From NCBI GenBank assembly GCA_963785725.1, contig CAWAWS010000003.1, forward strand, positions 256,001-320,000: 64,000 nucleotides of DNA, in the 5' to 3' direction. The notes under the pieces were generated by a model. It made no database searches. It saw only the letters and a program-made list of their open reading frames with translations, and was not told the origin of the DNA. This DNA comes from an uncultured delta proteobacterium (GTDB taxonomy: Bacteria > Myxococcota_A > Polyangia > Palsa-1104). Position numbers and translations under genes: made by a program. Shown here piece by piece: positions 37,701-47,295 of this stretch; position 1 is the stretch's first letter, and the number at the start of each line of letters is the position of its first letter.

Positions 37701-40700
37701 TCAGCCGATGCCGAAGCCGGGCACGTAGAAGGCGGCGAAGCGCGCCGGATTGCGCACGCCTTCGGCGGTGAAGAAGCTGGCGGCGCGCGCGACGAGCTGC
37801 CGGCCGTTGTCGCCGCCCATGACCGTGCCGCGCACCCACCGCGCCGCGGCGACCTGCGCGCCGAGGCCGCTCTCTTCCAACAGCGGCTCGGCGGCACCGA
37901 GCAGCTGCAGCGCCGCCTGGCGCTCGCCGCGCACGTTGGCGAGCGACGCGCGCAGGAGCGTCGCCACCGCCGTCGCCCAGCCGACGCCTTCGCGCCCGAG
38001 CCGGCGCGTGTCGTGCTCGGCGCTGGCCAATAGCTCCGGGCGCGCGCCGGCCGCGGCGATGGCGACGCCGGCGCGCGACCACAAGGCGCTGACGCGCGCC
38101 GTCTGCACGCGCATGAGCCCGACGCGGCTGAAGCGATCGAGCTGCGCCAAGCGCGTCCAGCCTTGCACGGCGTCGCCAAAGTAGAGATCGGTGCACACCT
38201 CGGCGATGAGCGCGTTGAAGTGTTGGATGTGGAATTCGTCGGGCGCGTTCCAGCGCGACAGGGCTTCGCGCACGCTGCGACGCGCTTCGTCGGGGCGATC
38301 TTCGGCCAAGCGGCACTGATAGCCGACGGTGATGGCCAGGTTCGTCTGCGCGTACAAGTCGCCGCGGGCACGCGCTTCGGCGACGAGGCGATCGAGCCGC
38401 GCCGTCAGCTCGCGCAAGCGCCCCAGCACCGACAGCGAATAGAGATGGAAGATCTGCGACGTCGAGCGCTCCCACGAGAACCCGGAGCAGCGATCGCGGA
38501 AGATCTCCTCGGCGCGCTCGAGCGGCTCGACCGAGGCGCGAAAGCGGCCTTCGAAGTGGGCGATGATGCCGTTGGTGCCGCTGGCGATGGCGAGCGCCAC
38601 CGGCGTGTCGAGCCGCTGCGCGAGCGCGTCGACGCTGGCGAGCACGGCGGCCGCGCGCGGCGCGGCTTTGTGGCCGGGCAGCGCCAAGAAGCAGGCCTCG
38701 GCCGCCAGCGCGCGCATCGCGCGATACGGCTCGCCGGCGTCGAGCGACAAGCGCAGCTGCTCGGCCTGAAAGCCCGCGCCGCGAATGGCGTCGACGAGCG
38801 CCAACCCGGCGGTGACGGCATAGGCGGCGTCGATGCGCGTCAAGACGTCGGGCGCCAGCTGCGACGAGTCCTTCTCGCGGAACTGCAGCCCGCGCAGCGC
38901 GATGCGCGCCCGCTGCCAGCCGAGCGACAAGAGCGCGCGCGCGTGGCTCCGCGGCAGCTTCATGCCGATGACCTTGAGCACCTCTTGGATCGTCTGCATG
39001 CCCTCGGCGATGTGCCCCGAGCGCAAGAGCTCCTGCGCGGCCAGCCGGCGCAGCTCGATCGCCTCGGCCGCCGGCGCGCCGACGAGCGCTTGCAGATAGG
39101 CGCGCGCCGCTTCCGGGCCACGGCCGGCGTGGGTCAAGGCGTCGCCGAGCTGACGGCGCAGCCGGCGCAGCTCGTCGGCGCCGCCGGCGTGCAGCTCGGT
39201 CGCCAGCCGATACAGGTCGGCCGCGCGATCGAACGCCAGCGCGTCGGCGGCGCGCGCCGCCGCCAGCTGCACGTATTCGACCGCGCGCGCGTGCTCGCCG
39301 GCGGCGCGCAGATGCACGGCCACCGCTTCCGGATCGGGCGACGCCGCCGACGCCAGCGCGCGCGCCAGCCGGCCGTGCAGCCGCTTGGCCTTGGCGTCGT
39401 CGACGAGCTCGAGCGCGGCCGCGCGCGTGCAATCGTGATAGCACTCGACGGCGCGCCGCTGATCGTCGCCACGCGTGCGCACCAGGTTGGCCGCCTTCAG
39501 CACCGACAAGGGCTGCAGCGTCGTGATCTCGGCGGCGCGCATCGCCGACACCAGCGCGATGGGCGAGCCGGCGACGGCCACGACCTCCAACAGCCGCACC
39601 GCGTCCGCCGGCAGCCGCTGCAGCCGCTCGCGCAAGACGCGCTCGAGCGCGATGCGCGAGTCGGACGCCGGCAGCTCCGATTCGCGCGCGTGCCGGGCCA
39701 GCTCGTCGATGAACAAGGGATTGCCGCCGCTCTCCTGCACGATCTGCTTGGCCAGCGGTGACAGCTCGCGGTCGCCGTCGACGAGCTGATGCGCCAGCTG
39801 CACCGCTTCGTCGGGATCGAGCGGCCCCACTTCCAGCTCCGCCAGATCGACGTCACGCGGAATCGCCGCCGACAGCGCGCGCAAAAACGGGCTGTGCGCG
39901 CGATCTTCGGTGCGATGGCAGACGACGAGCAAGAGCGCCGGCGCATCGGGCGGCTCGAGCAGCGCCGCCAAGAGCGCCGCCGAGTCGGCGTCACCCCACT
40001 GCACGTCGTCGAGCGCGAGCACGACCGGGCGGCGATCGCCGATGCGCTGCAAGAGCTCGCGCAGGGCGCCGAAGCCGCGCCGGCGATGCTCGTGCGGATC
40101 GGCCGTCTGCGCGCCGCGATGGGGCGCGGCGACGACGGCCTCGACCTGCCGCAACACGGGAAACAGCCGCGCCAACGCGTGCACGTCGCGCGGCATCAGC
40201 CCCTCGGTGTCGAGCCGATCGAGCCGCGCCAGGTGTTGGCTGAGCGCGTCCATGACGCTGTCGAGCGCCTTGTAGGGCACCGATTCGCGCTCGTAGCAGC
40301 GGCCGGACAGCACGACGGCGCCGTGGGTCTCGGTCTCGTCGAGGAAGCGGCGCACGAGCGAGCTCGTGCCCATGCCCGATTCGCCGTGGACGAAGCGCAC
40401 GACGGTGCGGCCGGCGCGCGCGGCGGCGAAGGCGGCGGCGAGCGCGTCGAGCTGGCGCCGGCGGCCGATGAGCCGCGCGCCCTCGTGCGACGACGTGCGC
40501 GTCTGCGCCGCCGCCTGCCCGGCGTCGTCGCCGAGCCGCCGCAGAATCTCTTGTCCCGACGGGCGCGCCGCCGGATCGCGGCGCAACAGCTCGACGCACA
40601 AGACGTCGAGGTCGCTCGGCACGCCCGGGCAGCGCGCGCTCGGCGGCGGCGGATCGTACTGCTGCTTCTCGACGAGCATCTGCGGCGGCGACCCCGAAAA

Positions 40701-41483
40701 CGGCAGCCCGCCCGTCAGCGACTCGTAGAGCATGACGCCCACCGAGTACCAGTCGCTGGCCGGCGTCAGCGGCAGCCGCGCGCCCTGCTCCGGCGACATA
40801 TACGCGGCCGTCCCGGCCACGCCCGGCTCCGACTGCCGTGTCCGCTCGCGCGCCAGCTCGGTGACCAGCCCGAAGTCGAGGATCTTGAGCCGCGAATCGA
40901 CGGTCACGAGAACGTTCGACGGCTTGAGATCGCGATGCAGCATGCCCGCCACATGCAGCGCCTGCACGCCGCGCGCGAGCTGCAGGATCACCGAGCGCAG
41001 CCGCGGCACGTCGAGCGTCGTGGCGCCTGCCCGCGGCGGAGCCGCGACCTCGACCGGCGCCACTTCGCCGGGATCGCTGCCCGGCGTGCGCTTGCCCGGC
41101 GCGGTGACCTCGGTGTCGGGGACTTCGTCGGTGAACGACTGATCGACCAGCGTCGGGTCGGCGCGCTGCCCCTTGCGCACGTGGCGCATGAAGCTCTCGC
41201 CGCGGACCAGCTCCATCGTGAACATGAGCCGATCGGCGACCGAGATGAGCTCGTACAGCGCCACCAAGTTCGGATGCGTCACATCGGCCAGCGAGCGAAA
41301 CTCGTTCTTGAAGCGCACGAGGCCGCCGGCGTCGAGATCGCGCAGCGTCTTGAGCGCGACCACCTGGCTGCGCTCGCGATCGTACGCTTGATAGACGACG
41401 CCCATGCCGCCGGCGCCGAGCCGCCGCTGCACGACGAAGCGCTCCCCGCCCAGGGCCTCTTCGGCTATTTCGAACGTAGCCAC
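37701..41483 (-). CDS. Ser/Thr kinase + AAA/STAND ATPase + helical repeat protein
   Basis: LGAGGMGVVY, HRDLKPSN, DFGL; GESGMGTS, LDDVQWGD, GGNPLFIDEL. Confidence 0.93.
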   Translation of the reverse strand: MATFEIAEEALGGERFVVQRRLGAGGMGVVYQAYDRERSQVVALKTLRDLDAGGLVRFKNEFRSLADVTHPNLVALYELISVADRLMFTMELVRGESFMRHVRKGQRADPTLVDQSFTDEVPDTEVTAPGKRTPGSDPGEVAPVEVAAPPRAGATTLDVPRLRSVILQLARGVQALHVAGMLHRDLKPSNVLVTVDSRLKILDFGLVTELARERTRQSEPGVAGTAAYMSPEQGARLPLTPASDWYSVGVMLYESLTGGLPFSGSPPQMLVEKQQYDPPPPSARCPGVPSDLDVLCVELLRRDPAARPSGQEILRRLGDDAGQAAAQTRTSSHEGARLIGRRRQLDALAAAFAAARAGRTVVRFVHGESGMGTSSLVRRFLDETETHGAVVLSGRCYERESVPYKALDSVMDALSQHLARLDRLDTEGLMPRDVHALARLFPVLRQVEAVVAAPHRGAQTADPHEHRRRGFGALRELLQRIGDRRPVVLALDDVQWGDADSAALLAALLEPPDAPALLLVVCHRTEDRAHSPFLRALSAAIPRDVDLAELEVGPLDPDEAVQLAHQLVDGDRELSPLAKQIVQESGGNPLFIDELARHARESELPASDSRIALERVLRERLQRLPADAVRLLEVVAVAGSPIALVSAMRAAEITTLQPLSVLKAANLVRTRGDDQRRAVECYHDCTRAAALELVDDAKAKRLHGRLARALASAASPDPEAVAVHLRAAGEHARAVEYVQLAAARAADALAFDRAADLYRLATELHAGGADELRRLRRQLGDALTHAGRGPEAARAYLQALVGAPAAEAIELRRLAAQELLRSGHIAEGMQTIQEVLKVIGMKLPRSHARALLSLGWQRARIALRGLQFREKDSSQLAPDVLTRIDAAYAVTAGLALVDAIRGAGFQAEQLRLSLDAGEPYRAMRALAAEACFLALPGHKAAPRAAAVLASVDALAQRLDTPVALAIASGTNGIIAHFEGRFRASVEPLERAEEIFRDRCSGFSWERSTSQIFHLYSLSVLGRLRELTARLDRLVAEARARGDLYAQTNLAITVGYQCRLAEDRPDEARRSVREALSRWNAPDEFHIQHFNALIAEVCTDLYFGDAVQGWTRLAQLDRFSRVGLMRVQTARVSALWSRAGVAIAAAGARPELLASAEHDTRRLGREGVGWATAVATLLRASLANVRGERQAALQLLGAAEPLLEESGLGAQVAAARWVRGTVMGGDNGRQLVARAASFFTAEGVRNPARFAAFYVPGFGIG

Positions 41484-41541
41484 TGCAGCTTGAGCATATC
41501 AGAATGCCGTTTTTTGGTCTTCAGGCCCACCAATCGGCTGC

Positions 41542-41700
41542 CAGTCGGTTGGAATGGCCGTGACAATCAGCCGCAGCAAGTCGGCGGTTGCACTGGGATT
41601 GCAGTCGGTGATTGCACTGGGCCTGGCAGTCGACGATTGGGCGGTTGCACTGGGCGTGGCAGTCGGGCGCATGAGTCGGCGGTTGCAATGGGCGCGGCAG
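41542..41700. repeat. Degenerate direct repeats of AGTCGGCGGTTGCACTGGG
   Basis: Copies near 41579, 41603, 41639 and 41674, and a weaker one near 41543. Confidence 0.7.
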
Positions 41701-41789
41701 AGCTGCGCGCGCGCTCGGCCGATTGGCCGGAGCGGTCGCGGCCAGCACGCGGCTGCGCGTATGCTGTGCCCATGTCCGAGCCGACCCCG

Positions 41790-42284
41790 GCGCGCTGGCC
41801 GCGGCCTTTTCCGAGGAGCTCCTCGTGCGCGGCGTCTTCTTCCGCATCGTCGAGGAGAGCGTGGGCAGCCTCGTCGCCGTCGCGCTTTCGGCGGCGATCT
41901 TCGGCGCGCTGCACGCCTTCAACCCAGGCGACGCTCGTCAGCACGCTGTCGATCGCCTTCGAAGCCGGCGTCCTTCTGGCCGCCGCCTACGTCTTCAGTC
42001 GCCGCTTGTGGCTGCCCATCGGCCTCCATTTCGCGTGGAACTTCACCGAAGGCGGCGTCTTCGGCGCCTCCGTCTCCGGCCACTCCGGCCACGGCTTTTG
42101 GCGCAGCACGTTCGACGGCGCGACGCTGCTCAGCGGCGGCCAATTCGGCTCCGAAGCCTCCATCGTCGCCGTCGCGCTCTGCTTCGGCGCCGGCGTCGCG
42201 CTCTTGCTTTTAGGACGACGGCGCGGCCGCTTCGTCGCGCCGTTCTGGCGCCGCCGCGCACCACGCAGCCACGAGGGCCTATGA
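41790..42284 (+). pseudogene. CPBP/Abi intramembrane protease, 5'-truncated and frameshifted
   Basis: SEELLVRG...FGALHAFNP in one frame, then EAGVLLAAAY...LWLPIGLHFAWN...GGQFGSEAS in another (shift near 41928). No N-terminal half seen. Confidence 0.8.
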
Positions 42285-43117
42285 ACCGACTGCCATGCCT
42301 GGCGATCCTATGCGCGTGCGCGGCATTTTCGTCGATCGCCGCCGCCGCGCCACCCACTTACGACATCTATGCGATTCGCTATGGCGGACTGAAAGACGTT
42401 CCCGTCAATGCGCTCGTGCCCAAAGCCGATCCGGCGCGCAAGATCGATACCGCGTTCATGATCTGGCTCATTCGCGGCCAAGGTCGCAATATCCTCGTCG
42501 ACGCCGGCTTTCACCGCGATCAGTTCATTCGCCAGTGGCATCCCGTCGATTATGTGGAGCCGTCCAAAGCGATCGCGCGCTTGGGGCTGAAGCCGGAGGA
42601 CATTACCGACATCGTCATGACGCATTTGCATTGGGATCACGCGGACGGAGTCGACCTATTTCCCAATGCGCACATTTGGATTCAAAAGGACGAGCTGGCG
42701 CATTACGCGAACGAAGCGGCGCAGCATCCCAACAATGCCGGCGTCTTTGCCGAGGACGTGGCCGTGCTGGTCGCGCTCGAGAAGCGCGGCCGCGTGACGC
42801 GCATCGACGGCGACGAGCAGACGATATTCCCCGGAATCACCGCTTATATCGGCGGCAAACATACGTTTCAATCGCAGTTCATCGGCGTCCACACCGCGAC
42901 CGGAACGATCGTTCTCGCGAGCGACAATGTCTATTTGTACGAGAATATCGATAAACATTTACCGATTACCGCGACGTCCGATGCCGAAGCGAATCTACGC
43001 GCGCAAGATCGAATGAAGCGAATGGTGACCGATCCCAAGTTCATCATTCCCGGTCACGACGGCAAAGTCATGACGATCTTCGCGGGTCCGATTGCGGGCG
43101 TGGCGAAGATCCAATAG
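42281..43117 (+). CDS. Secreted N-acyl homoserine lactonase-family MBL hydrolase
   Basis: Signal peptide; YAIRYG, ILVDAG, THLHWDHADG, GKHT, LASD, IPGHD. Confidence 0.85.
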   Translation: MNRLPCLAILCACAAFSSIAAAAPPTYDIYAIRYGGLKDVPVNALVPKADPARKIDTAFMIWLIRGQGRNILVDAGFHRDQFIRQWHPVDYVEPSKAIARLGLKPEDITDIVMTHLHWDHADGVDLFPNAHIWIQKDELAHYANEAAQHPNNAGVFAEDVAVLVALEKRGRVTRIDGDEQTIFPGITAYIGGKHTFQSQFIGVHTATGTIVLASDNVYLYENIDKHLPITATSDAEANLRAQDRMKRMVTDPKFIIPGHDGKVMTIFAGPIAGVAKIQ

Positions 43118-43209
43118 CGTCACCGCGTGAACGACGACATCGCCCATTCGCCGGCTTCATTTGGCGTCGCCGATTGCCACACAGTGCGAGCACTGACGGG
43201 AGACGGAAT

Positions 43210-43683
43210 ATGAGCGCGACGATTCTGCTCGAATTCGTGAGCCTGTTCTTCGCCGGGATTTTAGCGGGCGTCGAGATCGTCATTCACTACGGCTTGCGCG
43301 CGCCCGCCGCCACGCTCGACGAGCGCGCCCAGTTGGCGCTGCGGCGCGCGTTGGTGTTCCGGCTGCGCGTCTTGGTGCCGGCCTTCTTCGTGCCGGCGGC
43401 GCTGGCCGGCATCGCCGTCACCATCGTCGACGGCGGCGCGCGCGGCGTCGCCTGTCGCGGCGCGGCGCTCGCCGCCATCGCCGTGTGGACCGCGACGCGC
43501 GTCATCGGCACCGTCGGCATCAACAGCGCCACGATCGAGTGGCAGCCGAGCGCGCCGCCGGCGAACTGGCGCGCCCTCGTCGATCGCGCCGAGCGCTTTC
43601 ACATCGTCGGCGTGTGGGCGGCGGTGGCGGCTTACGCGCTCCTCTTGACCGCCGTCGCGCTGCGACTGTCGACGCCGGCGTAA
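43210..43683 (+). CDS. DUF1772/anthrone oxygenase-family membrane protein
   Basis: Four TM helices; TVGINS...W.PSAPPANWRALVDR.ERFH. Confidence 0.8.
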   Translation: MSATILLEFVSLFFAGILAGVEIVIHYGLRAPAATLDERAQLALRRALVFRLRVLVPAFFVPAALAGIAVTIVDGGARGVACRGAALAAIAVWTATRVIGTVGINSATIEWQPSAPPANWRALVDRAERFHIVGVWAAVAAYALLLTAVALRLSTPA

Positions 43684-43699
43684 CCGCGCGCGCCGAGCG

Positions 43700-43923
43700 G
43701 CTATGTGGCGTCGGGCGGCGCGATGGCGTCGGCGCGCGGCTCTTCGGCGCCGTCGACAGCTGGGCCTGCGCGCGCGCTCGCGCCAACGCCCGCAACGTCG
43801 CCGTCGGCGCGACCACCAGCGTCAGCGTGTCACCGACGGCAACGCCGGCCGCGACCCGCAGCGCGGGCTCGATCGTGATGAAGTAGCGGCCCCAGCGCTC
43901 GCCGACAACGTCGTCTTCGCCAT
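43700..43923 (-). pseudogene. DUF1905-like remnant
   Basis: Minus-strand frame VVGERWGRYFITIEPALRVAAGVAVGDTLTLVVAP, out of frame with ATG 43923 (MAKTT). Confidence 0.4.
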
Positions 43924-43945
43924 GGCGCGACGATTGTAACGCCGA

Positions 43946-44980
43946 TCATTTGCGCGCGGGGACGACCAAGATCTTGCCTTCGGGACCGTCGGTGAGATAC
44001 GCGACGCCCGCTTCGGTGGCGACGGCATTGCGCGCGCCCTTGGCCGTCGGCAACACCTCCTTGGCCGTCAGCTTGCCGCGCGTATCGACGCCGGCGACGG
44101 TCAGCTGCGCCGCGCGCCCGGCGCCGGCGAACAGCTCGTGACGCTCTTCGACGTAGGCGATGTCATCGACGCCGTCGCCGGTCGCCAGCTGCGACAGCCC
44201 TTGTCCGTCGTGGCCGGCGTCGACGACCTTGACGCTGGCGGCGCAGGCGACGAAGAGGAAGTCGCGCGCGCGATCGAGCGCCAAGCCTTTGGGCCCGTCA
44301 GCGCCGCAGCCCGACGCCCAATTCTTGACCACTTGCCGCGACTTGGTGTCGATGGTGAGCGTGCGATCTTTATCCTCGAGGTTCGTGTAGAAGACGCCGC
44401 GCCCCTCGTCGACGACATAGCCTTCGGGCTCGCCGTCGAGCGCGATCTTGCCCGCGATCTTCGGCGCCGCCGCGTCGCTGACGTCGAGGATGACGATCGA
44501 TTGATCGCGCGGCGTCGTGACCCACACCTCCTTCGTCGCGCGCACGTAGGCCAAGCCGTCGGGCATCGAGGTCAGCGTGACGCAGCCGTTCAAGCGCAAC
44601 GAGACGGCGTCGATGGCGCAGACGCCGGAGTCGCCGCGATTGCCGATATAGACCATGCCGTCACCGACGGTGGCCGAGCTCGGTCCGACGGTGCGCTTGT
44701 TGCCGTGGCGCTCCATCTCCGCCGTGACGAAGCCGCCGATGGACACGACGCGCTGGTCGACCGAGTCGACGACGTCGACGCGGCCGGTGTTTCCCGCCGG
44801 CACCCAGACGCGGTGATGCGCGCGGTCGTACGCGATGTAATCCATCGACACGCCGCCCGCAGGCGCGTTCGGCAGCGCGATCGCGCGCACCGGCACCGCC
44901 GCCGTCGCGCGCACGGGCGGCGTCGTCGCGCAGCTCGCCGCCGCAATGCCGAGGAAAACGAAAGCGCCGGTTCGCGTCAT
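43946..44980 (-). CDS. YncE-family beta-propeller lipoprotein
   Basis: AASC lipobox; MDYIAYD, PDGLAY, PEGY, PKGLALD, GVDDIAY, GARN. Confidence 0.85.
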   Translation of the reverse strand: MTRTGAFVFLGIAAASCATTPPVRATAAVPVRAIALPNAPAGGVSMDYIAYDRAHHRVWVPAGNTGRVDVVDSVDQRVVSIGGFVTAEMERHGNKRTVGPSSATVGDGMVYIGNRGDSGVCAIDAVSLRLNGCVTLTSMPDGLAYVRATKEVWVTTPRDQSIVILDVSDAAAPKIAGKIALDGEPEGYVVDEGRGVFYTNLEDKDRTLTIDTKSRQVVKNWASGCGADGPKGLALDRARDFLFVACAASVKVVDAGHDGQGLSQLATGDGVDDIAYVEERHELFAGAGRAAQLTVAGVDTRGKLTAKEVLPTAKGARNAVATEAGVAYLTDGPEGKILVVPARK

Positions 44981-45364
44981 GGCATGGTCTCGCCGATTCA
45001 TCGCGAGCCACCGTAAGCCATTCGGACGCGACAAGCGCCAAGAAGCCACACGCTCATCATCTCTTCATCTAACGACGATTGACCGGATGATTAAGTTTTA
45101 ATGAACTGCGCAATTGAGCCGTGGCATATCAACAAGCTGATATCGGCCACGAACGAAATGCGCTTTGGCTGGGCTTACGACCATCGCCGGTCGGCCGCTT
45201 CATCGGCGCGCCGACTGCGGGCGCCGGCGCAAACCCACGGGTTACACCTGGCGTCGTCGGCCCCAAGCGCAGCGCGCGATCTCCTTGCCGATCGTGGGTT
45301 TGTCGCTGGTGTCTCATTTGCAAGACAGTGGGGCACAACGAGGGGGACGGCTTTGCAAACACGG

Positions 45365-46228
45365 ATGGCCGCTGTTGTAACGATGGGGATGATGGTCTGC
45401 GCGCCCGGCTGCATGCAGTCGGCGCCTGAGGAGGACTATCGACTGACGACGAGCGCGACGCCGCACGCGACGCCCAAGACGGCGTTCGCCAACGACAAGA
45501 CGGCGTACGACTACTTTCGCGCGCAGGGGTTCACGAATTTCCAGGCGGCCGGCATCGTCGGCAACCTCGATCAGGAGTCGGGCATCGATCCGACGATCTC
45601 GCAGAGCGGCGGCGGCCCCGGTCGCGGCATCGCCCAGTGGTCGGCGGGCGGACGTTGGGACACCGACCCGGGCGACAACTGCGTCGCCTTCGCCGCGATG
45701 AACAACGAGTCGCCCGACACGCTGAGCACGCAGCTCGACTTCATCATGTTCGAGCTCAAGAGCTTCAGCGACTATGGGCTCGCCAAGCTGCAGGCCAGCA
45801 CCAACGTCACCGACGCCGCCACCGACTTCGAGCTCGGCTTCGAGGGCTGCGACATCGCCGACGAATGCGACGGCGATTCGCGCGTCTCGTACGCCATGAG
45901 CGTCTTGGCCGCGTACGGCAACGATCCCGTCATGACCCCCGACGGCGGCGCGACCGGCTCAACCGATATGGCGCAAGGAGCGTCGTCGGGCGGCGGTGGC
46001 GGCAGCGCCGGCGGCGGCGGCAGCAGCGGCGGCGGCAGCGGCACGGCCGGCGGTGTCGGCTCGGCCGGCGGCAGCGGCTCGGCCGGCGGCGGCACGACCA
46101 CCCCGGTCAAAGCGCACGGCTGCAGCGTCACGCCCGGCGAGCCGGCCGGTCACGGCGTGGCGACGCTGCTCCTCACGCTCGCCTTCGCGCTCCACCTGGC
46201 GCGCCGTCGTCGCGCCCGTTCGATCTAA
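45365..46228 (+). CDS. Phage tail-tip lysozyme domain protein with MYXO-CTERM-type anchor
   Basis: AAGIVGNLDQESG, GRGIAQW, QLDFIMFEL, AATDFELGFE; C-terminus HGCSV...LLLTLAFALHLARRRRAR; sigma54-like TGGT-N7-TTGCA at 45307-45322. Start may be slightly upstream. Confidence 0.85.
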   Translation: MAAVVTMGMMVCAPGCMQSAPEEDYRLTTSATPHATPKTAFANDKTAYDYFRAQGFTNFQAAGIVGNLDQESGIDPTISQSGGGPGRGIAQWSAGGRWDTDPGDNCVAFAAMNNESPDTLSTQLDFIMFELKSFSDYGLAKLQASTNVTDAATDFELGFEGCDIADECDGDSRVSYAMSVLAAYGNDPVMTPDGGATGSTDMAQGASSGGGGGSAGGGGSSGGGSGTAGGVGSAGGSGSAGGGTTTPVKAHGCSVTPGEPAGHGVATLLLTLAFALHLARRRRARSI

Positions 46229-46357
46229 CCCAGCCGCCGCGCCGCTTGCTCGCCCCCGCAGCTCACCGCTAACATCTCGGTCGGCGCTCGCTCGGCCGCC
46301 GCAGCAACGCTTGAATCTCCAGCACTTGCGTGCGACGACGAAATAATTCGGCGCGCT

Positions 46358-46384
46358 TGTCGATCGCCGCCGGGCTCGTTCGTC
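46358..46384 (+). promoter_or_regulatory. ECF42-type promoter
   Basis: TGTCGA-N17-CGTC upstream of DGPF genes and an ECF42-like sigma factor. Confidence 0.65.
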
Positions 46385-46412
46385 GTTCCAGCAGAGACGC
46401 AAAGGAGGAGCC

Positions 46413-46784
46413 ATGAAATACCTGTCGTTCATCCGCCATCCCGAGTCCTTTCGCGACACGCCGCCGCCGCCGGCGCTGATGGACGCGATGGGCGAGTTCG
46501 TGCAGAAGTCGCTGGCGGACGGCACGCTCATCAGCACGGGCGGCCTTATGCCGAGCAAAGACGGGCTGCGGGTTCGCTTGCAGGGCGGCAAGCTCAGCAT
46601 CGTCGACGGCCCGTTCACCGAGAGCAAAGAGGTCATCGGCGGCTGGGCCATCTTGAACGCCAACACGCGGGCGGAGGCGGTGCGCATCGCCACCGAGTTC
46701 ATGGAGCTGCACCGCCGACATTGGCCGGAGTTCGAAGGCGAATCCGAGGTGCGGCCGATGTTCGACCCGGGCATGGGCCCGTAA
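46413..46784 (+). CDS. YciI/DGPF family protein
   Basis: DGPFTESKEVIGGW, EVRP; AGGAGG RBS. Confidence 0.93.
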   Translation: MKYLSFIRHPESFRDTPPPPALMDAMGEFVQKSLADGTLISTGGLMPSKDGLRVRLQGGKLSIVDGPFTESKEVIGGWAILNANTRAEAVRIATEFMELHRRHWPEFEGESEVRPMFDPGMGP

Positions 46785-46855
46785 TCGAGCGTCAGCCCCG
46801 CAGCGAGAGCGGAATCGAAGTCGCAGTCGATCGCGAAAGCAAACAGGAGAAGACC

Positions 46856-47285
46856 ATGCGAGTGATGGTGTGCGTGCCGGCGGACAAGAATTCGGAAGCG
46901 GGTCAGATGCCGAGCGCGAGAGCTTGCTGACGCAGATGATGAAGTACAACGAAGAGCTGGTCAAGGCGGGCGTGATGCTCGCCGGCGACGGGCTGCTGCC
47001 GACGTCGAAGGCCAAGCGCGTGCGCTTTTCGGGCGGGCAGCGCACGATCATCGACGGGCCGTTCGCCGAATCCAAGGAGCTCGTCGCCGGCTATTGGATC
47101 TGGCAGGTCAAGTCGATCGAAGAGGCGGTCGAGTGGCTCAAGCGCGCGCCGTTCGATGGCGGCGTCGAGGTGACGATTGCGGCCGATCTTCGACCCCGAG
47201 GACTTCGGCGAAGAGGCTGACGCCCGAGCTGCGCGCGCGCGAAGAGAAGCTGCGCGCGGAAGCGGCGCGGCTGCAGAAGTCGTAA
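46856..47285 (+). pseudogene. YciI/DGPF family protein, frameshifted
   Basis: MRVMV...SEAGQMP / MMKYNEELVKAGVMLAGDGL...DGPFAESKELVAGYW / RPIFDPEDFGE / TPELRAREEKLR spread over several frames. Confidence 0.85.
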
Positions 47286-47295
47286 GACGCGGCCG

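Noticed and set aside
45365..46228. Prophage
   Set aside because: Only one phage-type domain, embedded in a host-style exported protein; no integrase or structural genes.
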